Positions 61,776 to 64,000 of a stretch of 64,000 nucleotides of DNA are shown piece after piece. Each line of letters begins with the position of its first letter. The first letter of the stretch is position 1. Origin of the DNA: Haplodiscus bocki. Its lineage: Eukaryota. A model generated the notes under the pieces. It worked only from the letters and a program-made list of their open reading frames with translations, had not been told where the DNA came from and did not search any database. The stretch covers positions 44,826,001-44,890,000 of the forward strand of contig OZ296650.1 in the NCBI GenBank assembly GCA_965655095.1, given 5' to 3'. Made by a program: the position numbers and the translations under genes.

Positions 61776-64000
61776 TTTTGATCATCACAGTCCCTAGGGG
61801 TCACTCCCAGATGATCTCGCTGATCGCCGGACTTTCTAAAATCCCAAAGGCTACCCAGTCGTCGCATGCCGGCACACTATTTTCTCTGAAATGACTTATT
61901 AAATAGCAATGACTTGCTATTCAATAAGTTTGTCACAACAATTAGGCTATATCGAATTTCCATTCATTATTGTTTACATCTTTACTGAGAACCGACCTAA
62001 CTAAAATAGTTGTAGTGGTGATTTATGCAGGCGCTGTACTTCAACCAACTGACTTTCTGGGATGGTGTAAAGTGGTCGATAAACAAACCAATTTCTTTGT
62101 TAATATATTTGGTTGATCTGAAGCTGCGGTACGGAAAAAAGGTTCATTCTTAAAAATCCTCTCCAACGTAAATTGATAGTCGAGTCCATTAATGTTATTT
62201 TATTTCGACCAGCAAATCTAAAATGATCTCTCAATCTTATCATCGCGAAAAATGTTCTTTTCTCCGTATTCTTTGTTGTCAAAAGTAGTCTTCTGATATC
62301 TTGATCACCGCAACCATAGCTAAGTTCACCAGGGGTTGTTTCGAGTTTCTTGGTAGTTTACCCAACAAACGTATGGGGTGTAGGGATTCCACTGTCTTCA
62401 GATACGGCATAACTAGCGTTGCTCTAACGAATAATGCAATCGGTTCAAGGTTCATCAAAGCAAATGCAACACCCTCTGCGGATTCTGAATCAGTCCTCAT
62501 AACTTCGAAATCTAACTTTTAAGGAGTGATGTGCAAGCATCTTCACGCGGAAGAGATCACAGTTTTATACTGTTCTAATTGTTTACTGTTGACGGGCTTA
62601 AATGCCCTGTATTTGATCAAAACTGATTATCAGAAAAGTCTGGACCATTGACAAATTATTCAAAAGTGAGAACATATCTATAAATTTAATAAGTGGTGGA
62701 ACGATTATTGAGATAAAACGATTATATTACATTTTTACCATATTGTTATTGACTGACAACATTTGAATTAAAAAAGTATTTCTAAAGATTCATAATTTCT
62801 ACTTACTATGGGGATCAGTAAAACGTTTTTTTAGAATCATCTGGATTCTATTTTATTACCTTCAAGTTGAATATATTACCTTGTTTTAGCTTTTTATTCA
62901 AAATTACATCTACGTTAATATAAAACAAGGAAGCGAAGAAAAAAGATTTTCATCCAGATATTAACAAATTTTAACTGATCCGTTATTGTATACTTTACTT
63001 CAAAATCTGTTGGTCTAATTCTATCTTTTAAATCAACCATATCCAACTTGCCAGTCGATGCACTCATATCTGATAAACCATCAATAAGTTCAGCCCAAAT
63101 CTGATACAACTCAAATGTGAGACTATTAACTCTTGCATTCCCCTTCTGTAGTAATTCAACTCTTAAGCACTTCTGCAAAAGCTAACCGTCAGAGAATGTC
63201 AGACATCGCTGAAATATTTGATACCTGTCACCAAAACTATCAAACGAACTATTATTGTAGGGTAGCTGAATAGCAGTCCCAATAGTGTAAATCTGACAAT
63301 GTTTCAATTCAAACCTACTCCAAGGAATCCTCAATTTTTAGGACAGGTGTTTTGTAGTCACTAAGGTCTAGGTGTCATTCTGTATCAAAGTTAGTGTTTC
63401 AATTTTTATTTCACTTCTTTGTTGTATTAGCTGGTTTTCAAAATCTGGTTCAAGATATGCCAGTTCAATAACAGGATTGCTTAAGTCTGTGAAGTAGAAC
63501 GCTTTCATTCCCATCCTGGATAAAGAGAATCTCTTTCCAGTTTATCAGAGTTTAATTTATCCCAGAGTTAGTTTATTTTCTATTAATATGTTAAACCTGC
63601 TGCCTTTTCATGGGATTCACTCCTAATTAATCTTGTTCGTAACATTTTTTCCGTGCAACCAAATTTATGCAGAGCCCTGATTACAAAACGAAACTAAAGT
63701 TTGTCAAATCCAAAAACTGATACTTCATCCAGAAATTGTTTGCCAATTTTGGTTAAATGTTTCTTACACTTTTCGGAGTGATTCCATCGAAATTTACCCT
63801 GTAGGTGTAGAAATTACTGGGTTATATACTACTTCACAAGTTTTAATTTGTCATCTGTTCATTTATCAAGCTATTTGACTCGATAAAATAGGTTGAAACT
63901 GCATTTTTGAAGCCAATATGCCAATTAAGATACAACATGCGCAAAGAGTAACTTGTGTATAAGGGATCTTCACTCTCAGTTTTGAATTCAAAGTAAATGC

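Noticed and set aside
61900-64000. Fragmentary minus-strand ORFs, possibly another old retroelement
   Set aside because: No diagnostic motif could be read.

Overview
AT-rich eukaryotic (probably invertebrate animal) DNA. The only host gene I can support is a minus-strand Greatwall/MASTL kinase. It has one clear kinase exon (31484-31941) and four phase-compatible downstream exons, spread over large repeat-filled introns; its first and last exons were not found. The right half holds a three-level transposon nest: an internally deleted hAT (38001-53503) contains a MULE (38552-53126), which contains a very young, intact 12.75-kb env-bearing Ty3/Gypsy element (40233-52980, minus strand; LTRs differ at 1 of 709 positions by eye). 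That element is the main discovery and is organised like a complex retrovirus. It has two leader ORFs (a PPxY transmembrane peptide and a Zn-finger-like protein), gag, and a -1 frameshift site with an H-type pseudoknot. Its pol carries a TARG1/OARD1-type macrodomain between RNase H and integrase, followed by an F-type class I env and an array of four covarying G-UUUC-C hairpins. A fourth gene encodes an HPD-containing DnaJ (J-domain) protein. Both env and the J-protein appear to get their ATG by splicing from one AT|GTAAGT donor inside the LTR. Also present: a decayed RTE LINE inside a MITE, a second deleted hAT, a decayed LINE with a possible SGNH-like upstream ORF, and a diverged ~175-bp satellite.
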